Assembly: GCA_023269085.1 (NCBI GenBank)
Contig: JAHFML010000002.1
Location: 65,266 to 129,265 of the forward strand
Direction: 5' to 3'
Origin: a bacterium
Lineage (GTDB): Bacteria > Patescibacteriota > Minisyncoccia > Phycocordibacterales > Phycocordibacteraceae
Length of the DNA stretch: 64,000 nucleotides
Below the pieces are notes generated by a model, which was not told where the DNA came from, searched no databases, and saw only the letters and a program-made list of their open reading frames with translations. Each line of letters starts with the position of its first letter. The stretch's first letter is position 1. This document shows, in pieces, positions 55,332 to 63,388 of this stretch. The position numbers were made by a program, and so were the translations under genes.

Positions 55332-57209
55332 ATGCCTGAAAAACCGCCAAGAACAAAGACGCCAATCGAAGAAACGATTGCACAAGTTGAAGAAGAGAAC
55401 GAAGTTATGTTTCCTCCGGCAGAAGGCGTACCGACACGGGCAGAGAGTCAAGCGGCGCTTATCGAAGCTGTGAATAAATTCCCGAAGGCAGAAGTGTCGA
55501 CGGAAACGGCCACACCGAAAGTGGAGAAGCCAGAGAGCGTGTTCGACACCGAGCGCATGAAGGAGTACATGAGTCAGCGCAATGGCGCACTGGATCAGAA
55601 AGCAGAGAAGCTCGGGATCGGAGGATTCGTGCGCTCGATCGGAGAGAAATACAATAAAATAAATTGGAAATATAAGCTCCTCGCGGGTATCGGTCTTGGC
55701 GTTACAACCGCGGTAACGGCATTCCCTGCGGCTATTACCGCGTGTGCCGTCGGACTTATAGCCGCGCAACGCGCTCTTGGTGCGACGGGCATGTTCGTAA
55801 AGTTTGAGAAGAATCTTAAGGATATCGACAAAGGGGAAGCAGAAGGATTCTTCAAAGGCCGTCTGCTCGGAAAAGAAGGTTGGTATCAAAAGGCGATTAA
55901 AAATATGGAGTTGTCAGAAGAAGGGCAGCGCAACATGGCTATTGGCATGACGCTTGCCTATACTGTTGGCATGAGTGCTGCGATTGGCGGGGCGGTCGAG
56001 TACGCACGAGATCACGGTTGGGTAGAGTGGATCAGCAATCATTTGCCGTCAATGGATGCTCACGCTGCCGGAACGTCTGCGGCTCCGGCTACCGCACCAG
56101 CACCAGAGGCCGCCACACCGGCACCAGAAGCGGCAGTATCAGCACCAGAAGTGAAAGTCGAGATGCCGAGTGTCGCGGCGTCGGCAAGACACGGATATGA
56201 GTACATGATGAAGCGGATGTGGGAGGACTTGCATGACCCCGCGAAGCACTTTGTCGCGCCGAAGGACATCAATCCTGACAGTGATCTCGCCAAGCTTCTC
56301 GCCGCGAAGCCAGAAGAGATAGACGGCCTCGTGCACCGAATTGCGGCAGACTCGCACCATCACTTCTTCCACGCGAACGGCGAGAATGTCCTCATTGATC
56401 CGAAGGCGCATATGACGTTCGGTGATCATGGAGAGTTGCATCTCGCGACCGAGAAGTATGACTACACCTTCGCGCCTGACCATGCACCGACGACGCCCGC
56501 GTATCATCCTCATGTTGCCGCCGCACCGGCACCAGAGAATGTACAGTCGGTCGTCTTCACTCACGAGACGCCGCCACCGACGACCTATGAAGAGGCGTAT
56601 AACAACGCAATCGATAATGCACCGCATCTACCCCACGTGTCAGCCGAGCAGGTGCAAGGGTCGGCGTCTGCCTACGACCCCAAAGCTCCCGATGCGTGGA
56701 TGCACATCAATGATCCCGGCAAAGGCATGGACCCGTTCCGGGTAGAAGACTATCCAGCGAATCATGTGCCCGGAGCCGGCGCGCATCCGGTCGAGGTTGC
56801 GCATGCACCCACGCCGCATCTCTCAGAACATATTGCTGTGAACGGCTCGGGCGTCGAGATCAATATCAGTGAGCCGCATATCTACGCGAGCCACGCGGCT
56901 GGAAGTGTTGCTCCTGTTCCGGGTCAAGGCATTGATGTGATGAACATGCCGACAGCACAACCAGAGCGTCTCTTCGTCTACGGCGGTGATCCGGCAGGGC
57001 GCGCCGAGACGATTGCTCAATATCTCTCACAGCATCACGACAAGATTGTATACGCGGCAGACTCTAATAACGAGCACCGCATTCCTTGGCATTGGGCCGA
57101 TGGAAAAGTCGTGCCAGGGACGCCGGTGCGCACGAGCGGCTTCCTCGGTTTCTTCGCATCCTTTATGAAGGCACCAACTCCTGACGAACTCGGGAAACTT
57201 ATAAAATAA
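55332..57209 (+). CDS. Hypothetical large membrane protein (2-3 TM, long Ala/Pro/His-rich C-terminal domain)
   Basis: TM helices around ...LLAGIGLGVTTAVTAFPAAITACAVGLIAA... and ...MAIGMTLAYTVGMSAAIGGAV...; no known domain. Confidence 0.5.
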   Translation: MPEKPPRTKTPIEETIAQVEEENEVMFPPAEGVPTRAESQAALIEAVNKFPKAEVSTETATPKVEKPESVFDTERMKEYMSQRNGALDQKAEKLGIGGFVRSIGEKYNKINWKYKLLAGIGLGVTTAVTAFPAAITACAVGLIAAQRALGATGMFVKFEKNLKDIDKGEAEGFFKGRLLGKEGWYQKAIKNMELSEEGQRNMAIGMTLAYTVGMSAAIGGAVEYARDHGWVEWISNHLPSMDAHAAGTSAAPATAPAPEAATPAPEAAVSAPEVKVEMPSVAASARHGYEYMMKRMWEDLHDPAKHFVAPKDINPDSDLAKLLAAKPEEIDGLVHRIAADSHHHFFHANGENVLIDPKAHMTFGDHGELHLATEKYDYTFAPDHAPTTPAYHPHVAAAPAPENVQSVVFTHETPPPTTYEEAYNNAIDNAPHLPHVSAEQVQGSASAYDPKAPDAWMHINDPGKGMDPFRVEDYPANHVPGAGAHPVEVAHAPTPHLSEHIAVNGSGVEINISEPHIYASHAAGSVAPVPGQGIDVMNMPTAQPERLFVYGGDPAGRAETIAQYLSQHHDKIVYAADSNNEHRIPWHWADGKVVPGTPVRTSGFLGFFASFMKAPTPDELGKLIK

Positions 57210-57214
57210 ATGCT

Positions 57215-57529
57215 ATGATAAACCCTATGCAAGACGAAATAACCGCGCGCATTGCCGCCGATCTCGGCATTAGCTCGCTCCCGATAGAAGATCAGAAGTC
57301 GCTTATCACGCAGTTCGGCGAGGTGGCGCTCAAGTCAGCGACCATTGCCGTCGCCGAGAAGCTTGGGGAGGAGAAGCGCGACGAGTTCATCAAGCTTGCC
57401 GAGGCGGGCGACGCCGCCGCGCTCAAGACCTTCCTCGATGCTGAGGTGCCCGAGCATGAGGAGCTCGTCAAGGCGGCTATCGCCGACGAGATTAAGCGCT
57501 TCAAAGATTTTCAATCTGCTAACGCCTAA
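57215..57529 (+). CDS. Hypothetical small acidic helical protein
   Basis: 104 aa, Ala/Glu/Lys-rich. Confidence 0.4.
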   Translation: MINPMQDEITARIAADLGISSLPIEDQKSLITQFGEVALKSATIAVAEKLGEEKRDEFIKLAEAGDAAALKTFLDAEVPEHEELVKAAIADEIKRFKDFQSANA

Positions 57530-57554
57530 CGCCTAATTCCTAACCACCTAGCTT

Positions 57555-58070
57555 ATGAATCCGATCCAGACTGGTATCGCTACCGCCCTCGCGCTCGTCG
57601 TTGTCGCCGTTTTCTTCTTCTTCCCGAGCTTGCTCCCCTTTGGCCAATCGGCACCGACAGAGCCAGCACAGGTGAGCGTCGCCGCTACCACTAATCAACA
57701 ACTAGCTTCAACCACTATGCCAACAGAAAATGTTACCGATCTCCAGATAACCGACGAGACCATCGGCACTGGCGCCGTCGCCGCCGCGGGCGACACCGTT
57801 ACGGTCAACTATGTCGGTGCGCTCACGAACGGTACCGTCTTTGACGCTTCGGCGAATCACGGCTCGACCGGCTTCACCTTCCCGCTTGGGGCAGGGCAGG
57901 TTATCAAGGGTTGGGACATGGGCGTCGCAGGGATGAAGGAGGGTGGCAAGCGCAAGCTCGTCATCCCGGCCTCGCTTGCCTATGGCGACCGCGCGGTAGG
58001 GAATGTCATCCCGGCAAGTGCGACGCTCATCTTCGAGGTCGAGCTCGTGAAGGTGCAGAAAGGGAAGTAA
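57555..58070 (+). CDS. FKBP-type peptidyl-prolyl cis-trans isomerase (membrane-anchored/secreted)
   Basis: GDTVTVNYVGALTNGTVFDAS...FTFPLGAGQVIKGWDMGVAGMKEGGKRKLVIPASLAYG FKBP signature. Confidence 0.9.
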   Translation: MNPIQTGIATALALVVVAVFFFFPSLLPFGQSAPTEPAQVSVAATTNQQLASTTMPTENVTDLQITDETIGTGAVAAAGDTVTVNYVGALTNGTVFDASANHGSTGFTFPLGAGQVIKGWDMGVAGMKEGGKRKLVIPASLAYGDRAVGNVIPASATLIFEVELVKVQKGK

Positions 58071-58119
58071 CCAAGGTTCGACCTTAAGAAATTTGGGCCA
58101 AAGGTCGAACCTTGGTTAC
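58067..58119. repeat. REP family A doublet forming a 19-bp-stem hairpin GTAACCAAGGTTCGACCTT-loop-AAGGTCGAACCTTGGTTAC
   Basis: Starts inside the FKBP stop codon; a second GC hairpin terminator follows. Confidence 0.9.
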
Positions 58120-58132
58120 GGGATGAAAAGTT

Positions 58133-58164
58133 AATGGGCGCGAACCTTGCGGTTCGCGCCCATT
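58133..58164. terminator. Terminator hairpin AATGGGCGCGAACC-ttgc-GGTTCGCGCCCATT between convergent genes
   Basis: Seen directly between FKBP (+) and lipoprotein gene (-). Confidence 0.6.
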
Positions 58165-58170
58165 TGTCGA

Positions 58171-58701
58171 TCAGTATGGGCTCTTGTTGAGCACACGTAC
58201 TGTGTAGACGGGGAAGAGATCCATGATCTCCCGCCCGCAATTCTCGAAGGTGTACGTCTGCCCTCCGAGGGTAATAATGCCGTTCGCGATACCGGCGGTA
58301 CCGGTTGCCCGACCACCGTAAAGCGCGTACTGGTTCGAGTCGACACCACGGAAAGCGTGTGATGCCCACCCCATACCAGCGTAGCCTGCGGCAAAGTACA
58401 GCGCACCATTAGACAAGACGGCCACCAAGTTGTGCGGCCGCGCGGTCTTGGTGTAGATGCGACACGCCCTTTCGGCCTCGGCGACGGCGGTGAGCTGTTT
58501 ATCGCTCACCTCACCCTTGACGATGTAGTTCATCGCCAAATGGTCGCGGTCGAGCAGCCAGTCAGGTGCTTGCTGGTTGTGGGCGACAATCGTCGCCTTT
58601 TCACCCCCAGGCATGGTGACCGGGATCCGGACCACATCGCCCGGGCCCGCGCAGGCTGCGAGCAAGATTGCCGCAATCGCGGCGAGAAGCAGTTTGAGCA
58701 T
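58171..58701 (-). CDS. Hypothetical lipoprotein
   Basis: Lipobox-type signal MLKLLLAAIAAILLAAC/AGPGD; start moved to internal ATG (58701); no domain. Confidence 0.5.
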   Translation of the reverse strand: MLKLLLAAIAAILLAACAGPGDVVRIPVTMPGGEKATIVAHNQQAPDWLLDRDHLAMNYIVKGEVSDKQLTAVAEAERACRIYTKTARPHNLVAVLSNGALYFAAGYAGMGWASHAFRGVDSNQYALYGGRATGTAGIANGIITLGGQTYTFENCGREIMDLFPVYTVRVLNKSPY

Positions 58702-58837
58702 GGTTGCTCTCCTCTTGAAGAAACTACGGGAACAGCTCGACGAGCCGTTTACCCTCTGATGAGCAGAATACACGACTATTCATGTTTGTCAACTTTTTCA
58801 CTCCCTTTTTGCGCGCCTATGAATCGTATCATTTCGG

Positions 58838-58846
58838 TGCTATAAT
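58838..58846 (+). promoter_or_regulatory. Extended -10 promoter element TGcTATAAT upstream of Fic-family gene
   Basis: TATAAT 58841-58846 with TG at -15/-14; 24 nt upstream of ATG 58870. Confidence 0.5.
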
Positions 58847-58869
58847 CGGCTCATAGTGATACGAAAGCC

Positions 58870-59922
58870 ATGATGATTTCTGCACGAGAACAAAAAATAC
58901 TCGCCTTGCTTGGTAGCCGCGACTCGGCGCAGTCTTCGGCTATACGCGATGCGCTCGTCGCGCGGGGTGATGACGCGTCGCTTGTTACGGTCAAGCGGGC
59001 GCTCTCTGCCATGGTCGCGCGCGGTCTGCTCGTCGCGACCGGCTCAGGCCGATCCTCGGCGTATCAGATCGCTAGCGTCGGCCGCATCTTCGCCAGTATC
59101 GATGCTCGCGCTTATTGTGCGATTGATCCTGATCGCCGGGCCGGTTTGCAGGGATATAATCGTGCGCTCTTCGCCCTGATGCCCGAGGATCTTTTTTCTG
59201 ACAAGGAGCAAGCGTCGTTCGCGCTCGCGACGACAGAATATGCGCGCCGATCTCTGAATGTGCCGAGAGCGATAGCGAAGAAGGAGCTCGAACGGCTCGT
59301 GGTCGAACTCTCATGGAAGTCGTCAAAGATAGAAGGCAACACCTATACGCTTCTCGACACGGAGCGCCTCATCCTCGAGAACAAAGAAGCGGTCGGACAT
59401 TCTCGGAGCGAGGCCCAGATGATACTCAATCACAAAGACGCTTTCGCTTTCGTGCGGGAGAATGCACCCTCCTTCCTCTCGGTGTCGCGGGCGCGTATCG
59501 AAGATCTGCACGCGATCTTGATACGAGACTTAGGCGTGGGGACTGGCCTGCGCACGCGCGCGGTCGGGATCACGGGGTCGGTCTATCAGCCGCTCGATAA
59601 TCAGCATCAGATCCGCGAAGGGTTTGACGCGCTCATAGCCGCCATCGGTCGCGCGCATACGCCGTATGATAAGGCGCTTCTCGCCATACTGGGCATAAGC
59701 TATCTCCAGCCGTTTGAAGACGGCAACAAGCGCACAGCGCGCCTCCTCGCTGACGCGCTTCTGCTCGCGCACGGGTGCGCGCCGCTCTCGTATAGGAGCG
59801 TCGAAGAAGAAGAGTATCGCGAAGCCCTGCTGGTATTCTACGAGATGAATTCGATTGCCCCGTTCAAGAAGATATTTATCGAGCAGTACGATTTCGCAGC
59901 GCGTAATTATACGGTCGCATGA
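58870..59922 (+). CDS. Fic/Doc-family protein with N-terminal winged-HTH; motif variant QPFEDGNKRTAR
   Basis: Fic core ...YLQPFEDGNKRTARLLADALL...; the canonical catalytic His of HPFx[DE]GN[GK]R is Gln here. Confidence 0.7.
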   Translation: MMISAREQKILALLGSRDSAQSSAIRDALVARGDDASLVTVKRALSAMVARGLLVATGSGRSSAYQIASVGRIFASIDARAYCAIDPDRRAGLQGYNRALFALMPEDLFSDKEQASFALATTEYARRSLNVPRAIAKKELERLVVELSWKSSKIEGNTYTLLDTERLILENKEAVGHSRSEAQMILNHKDAFAFVRENAPSFLSVSRARIEDLHAILIRDLGVGTGLRTRAVGITGSVYQPLDNQHQIREGFDALIAAIGRAHTPYDKALLAILGISYLQPFEDGNKRTARLLADALLLAHGCAPLSYRSVEEEEYREALLVFYEMNSIAPFKKIFIEQYDFAARNYTVA

Positions 59923-61214
59923 GCGCGATGAAATTTGAGATAGAGAAGCGCGCGGCCGGCTCTACCGGCCGCGCGGGGCTCATCACGACGCCGCACGGCG
60001 TCATCCGTACGCCTGCCTTCTCGCCGGTCGGGACCAAGGCGAGTGTGAAGGGCATCTTCCCGAGTCAGCTGAAGGCGCTCGGTGCCGAAGTCGTCCTCGC
60101 GAACACCTATCATCTCTATCTCCAGCCCGGCGAGAAGGTGGTCGAGCAGGCGGGCGGCCTCGCGAAGTTCATGGGCTGGGAGGGCTCGTCCCGCGGATCT
60201 TCAGCGGGATGGGGGCCGACCATCACCGACTCGGGCGGCTTCCAAGTCTTCTCGCTCGGCGCGGCCTTTGGTAAAACTATTTCCAAATTCACTCGCGAGG
60301 ATCCCGTGGGTGGACACCTAGTGTCCACCCACGGGCTGGCGCATTTCGATCCTGATGTGGCGAGTCAGCACGGTCAGCTCGCTATCATCGACGACGAGGG
60401 CGTCACCTTCACCTCACACCTCGACGGCTCCTTGCATCGCTTCACGCCCGAGCGCTCGGTCGAGATCCAGCACGCGCTCGGCGCAGACATCTTCTTCGCT
60501 TTCGACGAGTGTACTTCGCCCTCTGAGCCCTATGAATATCAGCGCGAAGCGATGGAGCGCACGCACCGCTGGGCCGAGCGCAGCTTGCAGGCGCATCGGC
60601 AAAATCTTGCGGCAAGAGAGAAACAAGCGCTCTTCGGCATCGTGCAGGGCGGCCGGCACGAAGACTTGCGGCGCGAGTCGGCGCGCGCTATCGCCGCCAT
60701 GGGCTTCGACGGCATCGGTATCGGCGGGTCATTCAGTAAAGAGGACATGCGCGGCGCCCTTGGCGCCGCGGTGGGCGAGCTCCCCGAAGAGCTCCCGCGT
60801 CACTTCCTCGGTATCGGCGAGCCGGGCGATATTCTCGAGGGCATTGCGGGCGGGATGGACCTCTTCGACTGCGTCGCCGCAACGCGCATCGGCCGCCACG
60901 GCTCGATCTATACCCGTCGCGGCATCATCCACCTGACCGGCGAGCGATACAAAGACGACTTCTCGCTGCTCGATCCCGAAATGTCGGACATATCATGTCC
61001 AACATCTGATGTTGGACATGATATGTCCGACATTTTCACGCGCGCGTATGTCGCGCACCTCATCCGCTCTAAAGAGATGCTCGGCTCGACGATCTGCTCG
61101 ATGCACAATCTCGGCTTCATCCTCAACCTCGTCGCGGGAGCGCGCCAAGCTATCCTCGACGGTCGCTTCGATTCCTACCGCGCCGACTTCGTGCGAGACT
61201 ATTACCATGGCTAA
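59919..61214 (+). CDS. tgt: Queuine tRNA-ribosyltransferase with two in-frame palindrome insertions
   Basis: VLANTYHLYLQPGE, FAFDEC (catalytic Asp), zinc site near FDCVAATRIGRHG; insertions encode ...EDPVGGHLVSTHGLAHF... and ...EMSDISCPTSDVGHDMSDIF... Confidence 0.9.
   Translation: MSAMKFEIEKRAAGSTGRAGLITTPHGVIRTPAFSPVGTKASVKGIFPSQLKALGAEVVLANTYHLYLQPGEKVVEQAGGLAKFMGWEGSSRGSSAGWGPTITDSGGFQVFSLGAAFGKTISKFTREDPVGGHLVSTHGLAHFDPDVASQHGQLAIIDDEGVTFTSHLDGSLHRFTPERSVEIQHALGADIFFAFDECTSPSEPYEYQREAMERTHRWAERSLQAHRQNLAAREKQALFGIVQGGRHEDLRRESARAIAAMGFDGIGIGGSFSKEDMRGALGAAVGELPEELPRHFLGIGEPGDILEGIAGGMDLFDCVAATRIGRHGSIYTRRGIIHLTGERYKDDFSLLDPEMSDISCPTSDVGHDMSDIFTRAYVAHLIRSKEMLGSTICSMHNLGFILNLVAGARQAILDGRFDSYRADFVRDYYHG
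60303..60335. repeat. Palindrome family B: 33-nt CCCGTGGGTGGACACCTAGTGTCCACCCACGGG inside tgt
   Basis: Seen directly; frame preserved. Confidence 0.9.
60979..61035. repeat. Palindrome family C: 57-nt perfect palindrome (AAATGTCGGACATATCATGTCCAACATC t GATGTTGGACATGATATGTCCGACATTT) inside tgt
   Basis: Checked base by base: left arm is the exact reverse complement of the right arm; contains the GGACATGATATGTCC unit shared with 18997-19011. Confidence 0.9.
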
Positions 61215-63321
61215 CTTCAAACTCCACACTCCCTACCAGCCGGCAGGCGACCAGCCGGCGGCTATCGCGGCGCTCGAGAGCGGACTCGAGGCGGGCATGC
61301 GCCATCAGACGCTCTTTGGCGTGACGGGCTCGGGCAAGACCTTCACCATCGCGAACGTCATCGCAGCGCATGACAAGCCGACCCTCGTCCTCGCACACAA
61401 CAAGACCCTCGCGGCCCAGCTCGCGCAAGAGTATCGCGAATTCTTTCCCGAGAACGCCGTCCACTATTTTGTCTCTTACTACGACTACTATCAGCCCGAG
61501 GCCTATATCGCGCACTCCGACACCTACATCGAGAAGGAAGCAATGATAAACGCCGAGATTGATCGCCTCCGCCACGCGGCAACGCAAGCGCTTCTCACGC
61601 GCAAGGACGTCATCATCGTCGCGTCGGTCTCGGCGATCTACGGGCTTGGCTCGCCGGCAGAATATGAGAAGGTGCACGTGAAGATTGAGAAGGGCGCCGC
61701 GGAGGATCGCGCGGCGCTGATCCGCAAGCTCGTGGGTATCCACTTCGAACGCACGCCTGCCGACTTGAACCCTGGTCAGGTGCGCGCTATCGGGAACTCG
61801 CTCGAGCTGATGCCGGTCAACGAGCGCGTTATCTATCGCGTCGCTTTCGAGGGCGACACGATTGTGCGCATTGATCAGCTCGACCCGATCTCGCGCGCAC
61901 TTGTCGCGTCGCCCTCGTCTATTTTCATATTTCCCGCGAAGCACTTCATCACGAGCGAAGCAGAGCGGGTACGCGCGATCGAGGACATCAAGCTCGAACT
62001 CGATGGGCAATTGGCGAAGTTCAAGAGGGAAGCGAAGCCGCTTGAAGCCGAACGCTTGAAACGCCGCACCTTGAGCGACCTCGCGCTCATCCGCGAGATG
62101 GGTTATACCAACGGTATCGAAAATTATTCGCGCCACTTCGACGGTCGCAAGAGCGGCGAGCCGCCCTTCACGCTTCTTTCATACTTCCCACACCGGAATC
62201 AAGGTCGAACCTTACATACGAATTCTCAAGGTTCGACCTTGATTCCGGATTTCCTTACCATCATCGACGAGTCTCACGTGACGGTCCCGCAGCTCGGCGG
62301 CATGTACGCGGGCGATCGCTCACGCAAGGACGTGCTCGTCGAATACGGCTTCAGGCTCCCTTCGGCGCGCGACAATCGGCCGCTCAACTTCGAAGAGTTC
62401 GAAGAGCGTGTTGGGCAGGTTATCTATACGAGCGCAACGCCGGGCCCCTATGAGCGCGCACATGCTGAGCAGGTAGTCGAGCAAGTCATCCGCCCGACGG
62501 GCCTCATCGACCCGGAGCTCGTCATCCGCCCGGTGTCTGGGGAGGCGGGTGGACACCTAGTGTCCACCCATTTAGACACTAGGTGTCCACCCGCCTCCTA
62601 TCGCGGGCAGGTGGCGAACTTTATCAGTGAAGCCGAGGTCGTCATCAAGCGCGGCGGCCGCGCGCTCGCAACCACGCTCACCAAGCAGATGGCCGAAGAC
62701 CTCTCCTCATTCTTGCGCGAGAAAGGTATAAAAGCCGAGTATCTCCACTCTGACGTGAAGACGATCGACCGCATCGACATCCTCACCAAGTTCCGCAAGG
62801 GCGAGTTCGATATTCTCGTCGGCGTCAACCTGCTTCGCGAAGGACTCGACTTGCCCGAGGTCGAGCTCGTCGGCATCCTCGACGCGGACAAAGAAGGCTT
62901 CTTGCGCAGTGAGACCTCGCTCATCCAGACTATCGGCCGTGCCGCGCGCAACGTGCTCGGCCGCGTGATTCTCTATGCCGACGTGATGACCAAGTCGCTC
63001 GAGAAGGCTATTGGCGAGACCAATCGCCGCCGCGCGCTCCAAGTGGCCTACAACGAGAAGCACAGCATCACGCCGAAGACGATTCACAAAGAGATTCGCG
63101 ACATCGCTGCGAGCATGCGGAGCGACCACCAGAAGACGATTGACGAACTTCTGGTGCTCGACACGCTCGCGTACAAGGATGATCCGAAGGCTTTTGTCGC
63201 GCGTAAGCGAGAGGAGATGGCCGAAGCGGTCGAGAAGCTCGACTTCGAAACCGCCGCGCTTATTCGCGACGAGCTCTTCAAGCTTGAGGACGGCGGGTCG
63301 AAAGGGAAGAAGAAACGGTAA
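61207..63321 (+). CDS. uvrB: Excinuclease ABC subunit B with two in-frame palindrome insertions
   Basis: Walker A GVTGSGKTFT, helicase motifs, C-terminal UvrB/UvrC-interaction helix (LIRDELFKLE); start moved to ATG 61207; insertions encode ...HRNQGRTLHTNSQGSTLIPD... and ...GEAGGHLVSTHLDTRCPPASYRG... Confidence 0.9.
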   Translation: MANFKLHTPYQPAGDQPAAIAALESGLEAGMRHQTLFGVTGSGKTFTIANVIAAHDKPTLVLAHNKTLAAQLAQEYREFFPENAVHYFVSYYDYYQPEAYIAHSDTYIEKEAMINAEIDRLRHAATQALLTRKDVIIVASVSAIYGLGSPAEYEKVHVKIEKGAAEDRAALIRKLVGIHFERTPADLNPGQVRAIGNSLELMPVNERVIYRVAFEGDTIVRIDQLDPISRALVASPSSIFIFPAKHFITSEAERVRAIEDIKLELDGQLAKFKREAKPLEAERLKRRTLSDLALIREMGYTNGIENYSRHFDGRKSGEPPFTLLSYFPHRNQGRTLHTNSQGSTLIPDFLTIIDESHVTVPQLGGMYAGDRSRKDVLVEYGFRLPSARDNRPLNFEEFEERVGQVIYTSATPGPYERAHAEQVVEQVIRPTGLIDPELVIRPVSGEAGGHLVSTHLDTRCPPASYRGQVANFISEAEVVIKRGGRALATTLTKQMAEDLSSFLREKGIKAEYLHSDVKTIDRIDILTKFRKGEFDILVGVNLLREGLDLPEVELVGILDADKEGFLRSETSLIQTIGRAARNVLGRVILYADVMTKSLEKAIGETNRRRALQVAYNEKHSITPKTIHKEIRDIAASMRSDHQKTIDELLVLDTLAYKDDPKAFVARKREEMAEAVEKLDFETAALIRDELFKLEDGGSKGKKKR
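62193..62248. repeat. REP family A doublet inside uvrB: 21-bp-stem hairpin CCGGAATCAAGGTCGAACCTT-acatacgaattctc-AAGGTTCGACCTTGATTCCGG
   Basis: Seen directly. Confidence 0.9.
62541..62597. repeat. Palindrome family B composite (two GGTGGACAC/GTGTCCACC units, outer arms GGAGGCGGG/CCCGCCTCC) inside uvrB
   Basis: GGAGGCGGGTGGACACCTAGTGTCCACCCatttaGACACTAGGTGTCCACCCGCCTCC. Confidence 0.85.
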
Positions 63322-63388
63322 TTTCTTATCCACATCGCACCGATTGTGCGAAGCACAGCTGTTATTTTACGGTGATATACTTGCAGAT

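Noticed and set aside
4235-62248. Possibility that the recurring CCAAGGTTCGACCTTGG repeats form a CRISPR array
   Set aside because: Copies are scattered over 58 kb with irregular spacing, occur inside ORFs, are palindromic doublets rather than repeat-spacer units, and no cas genes are present.
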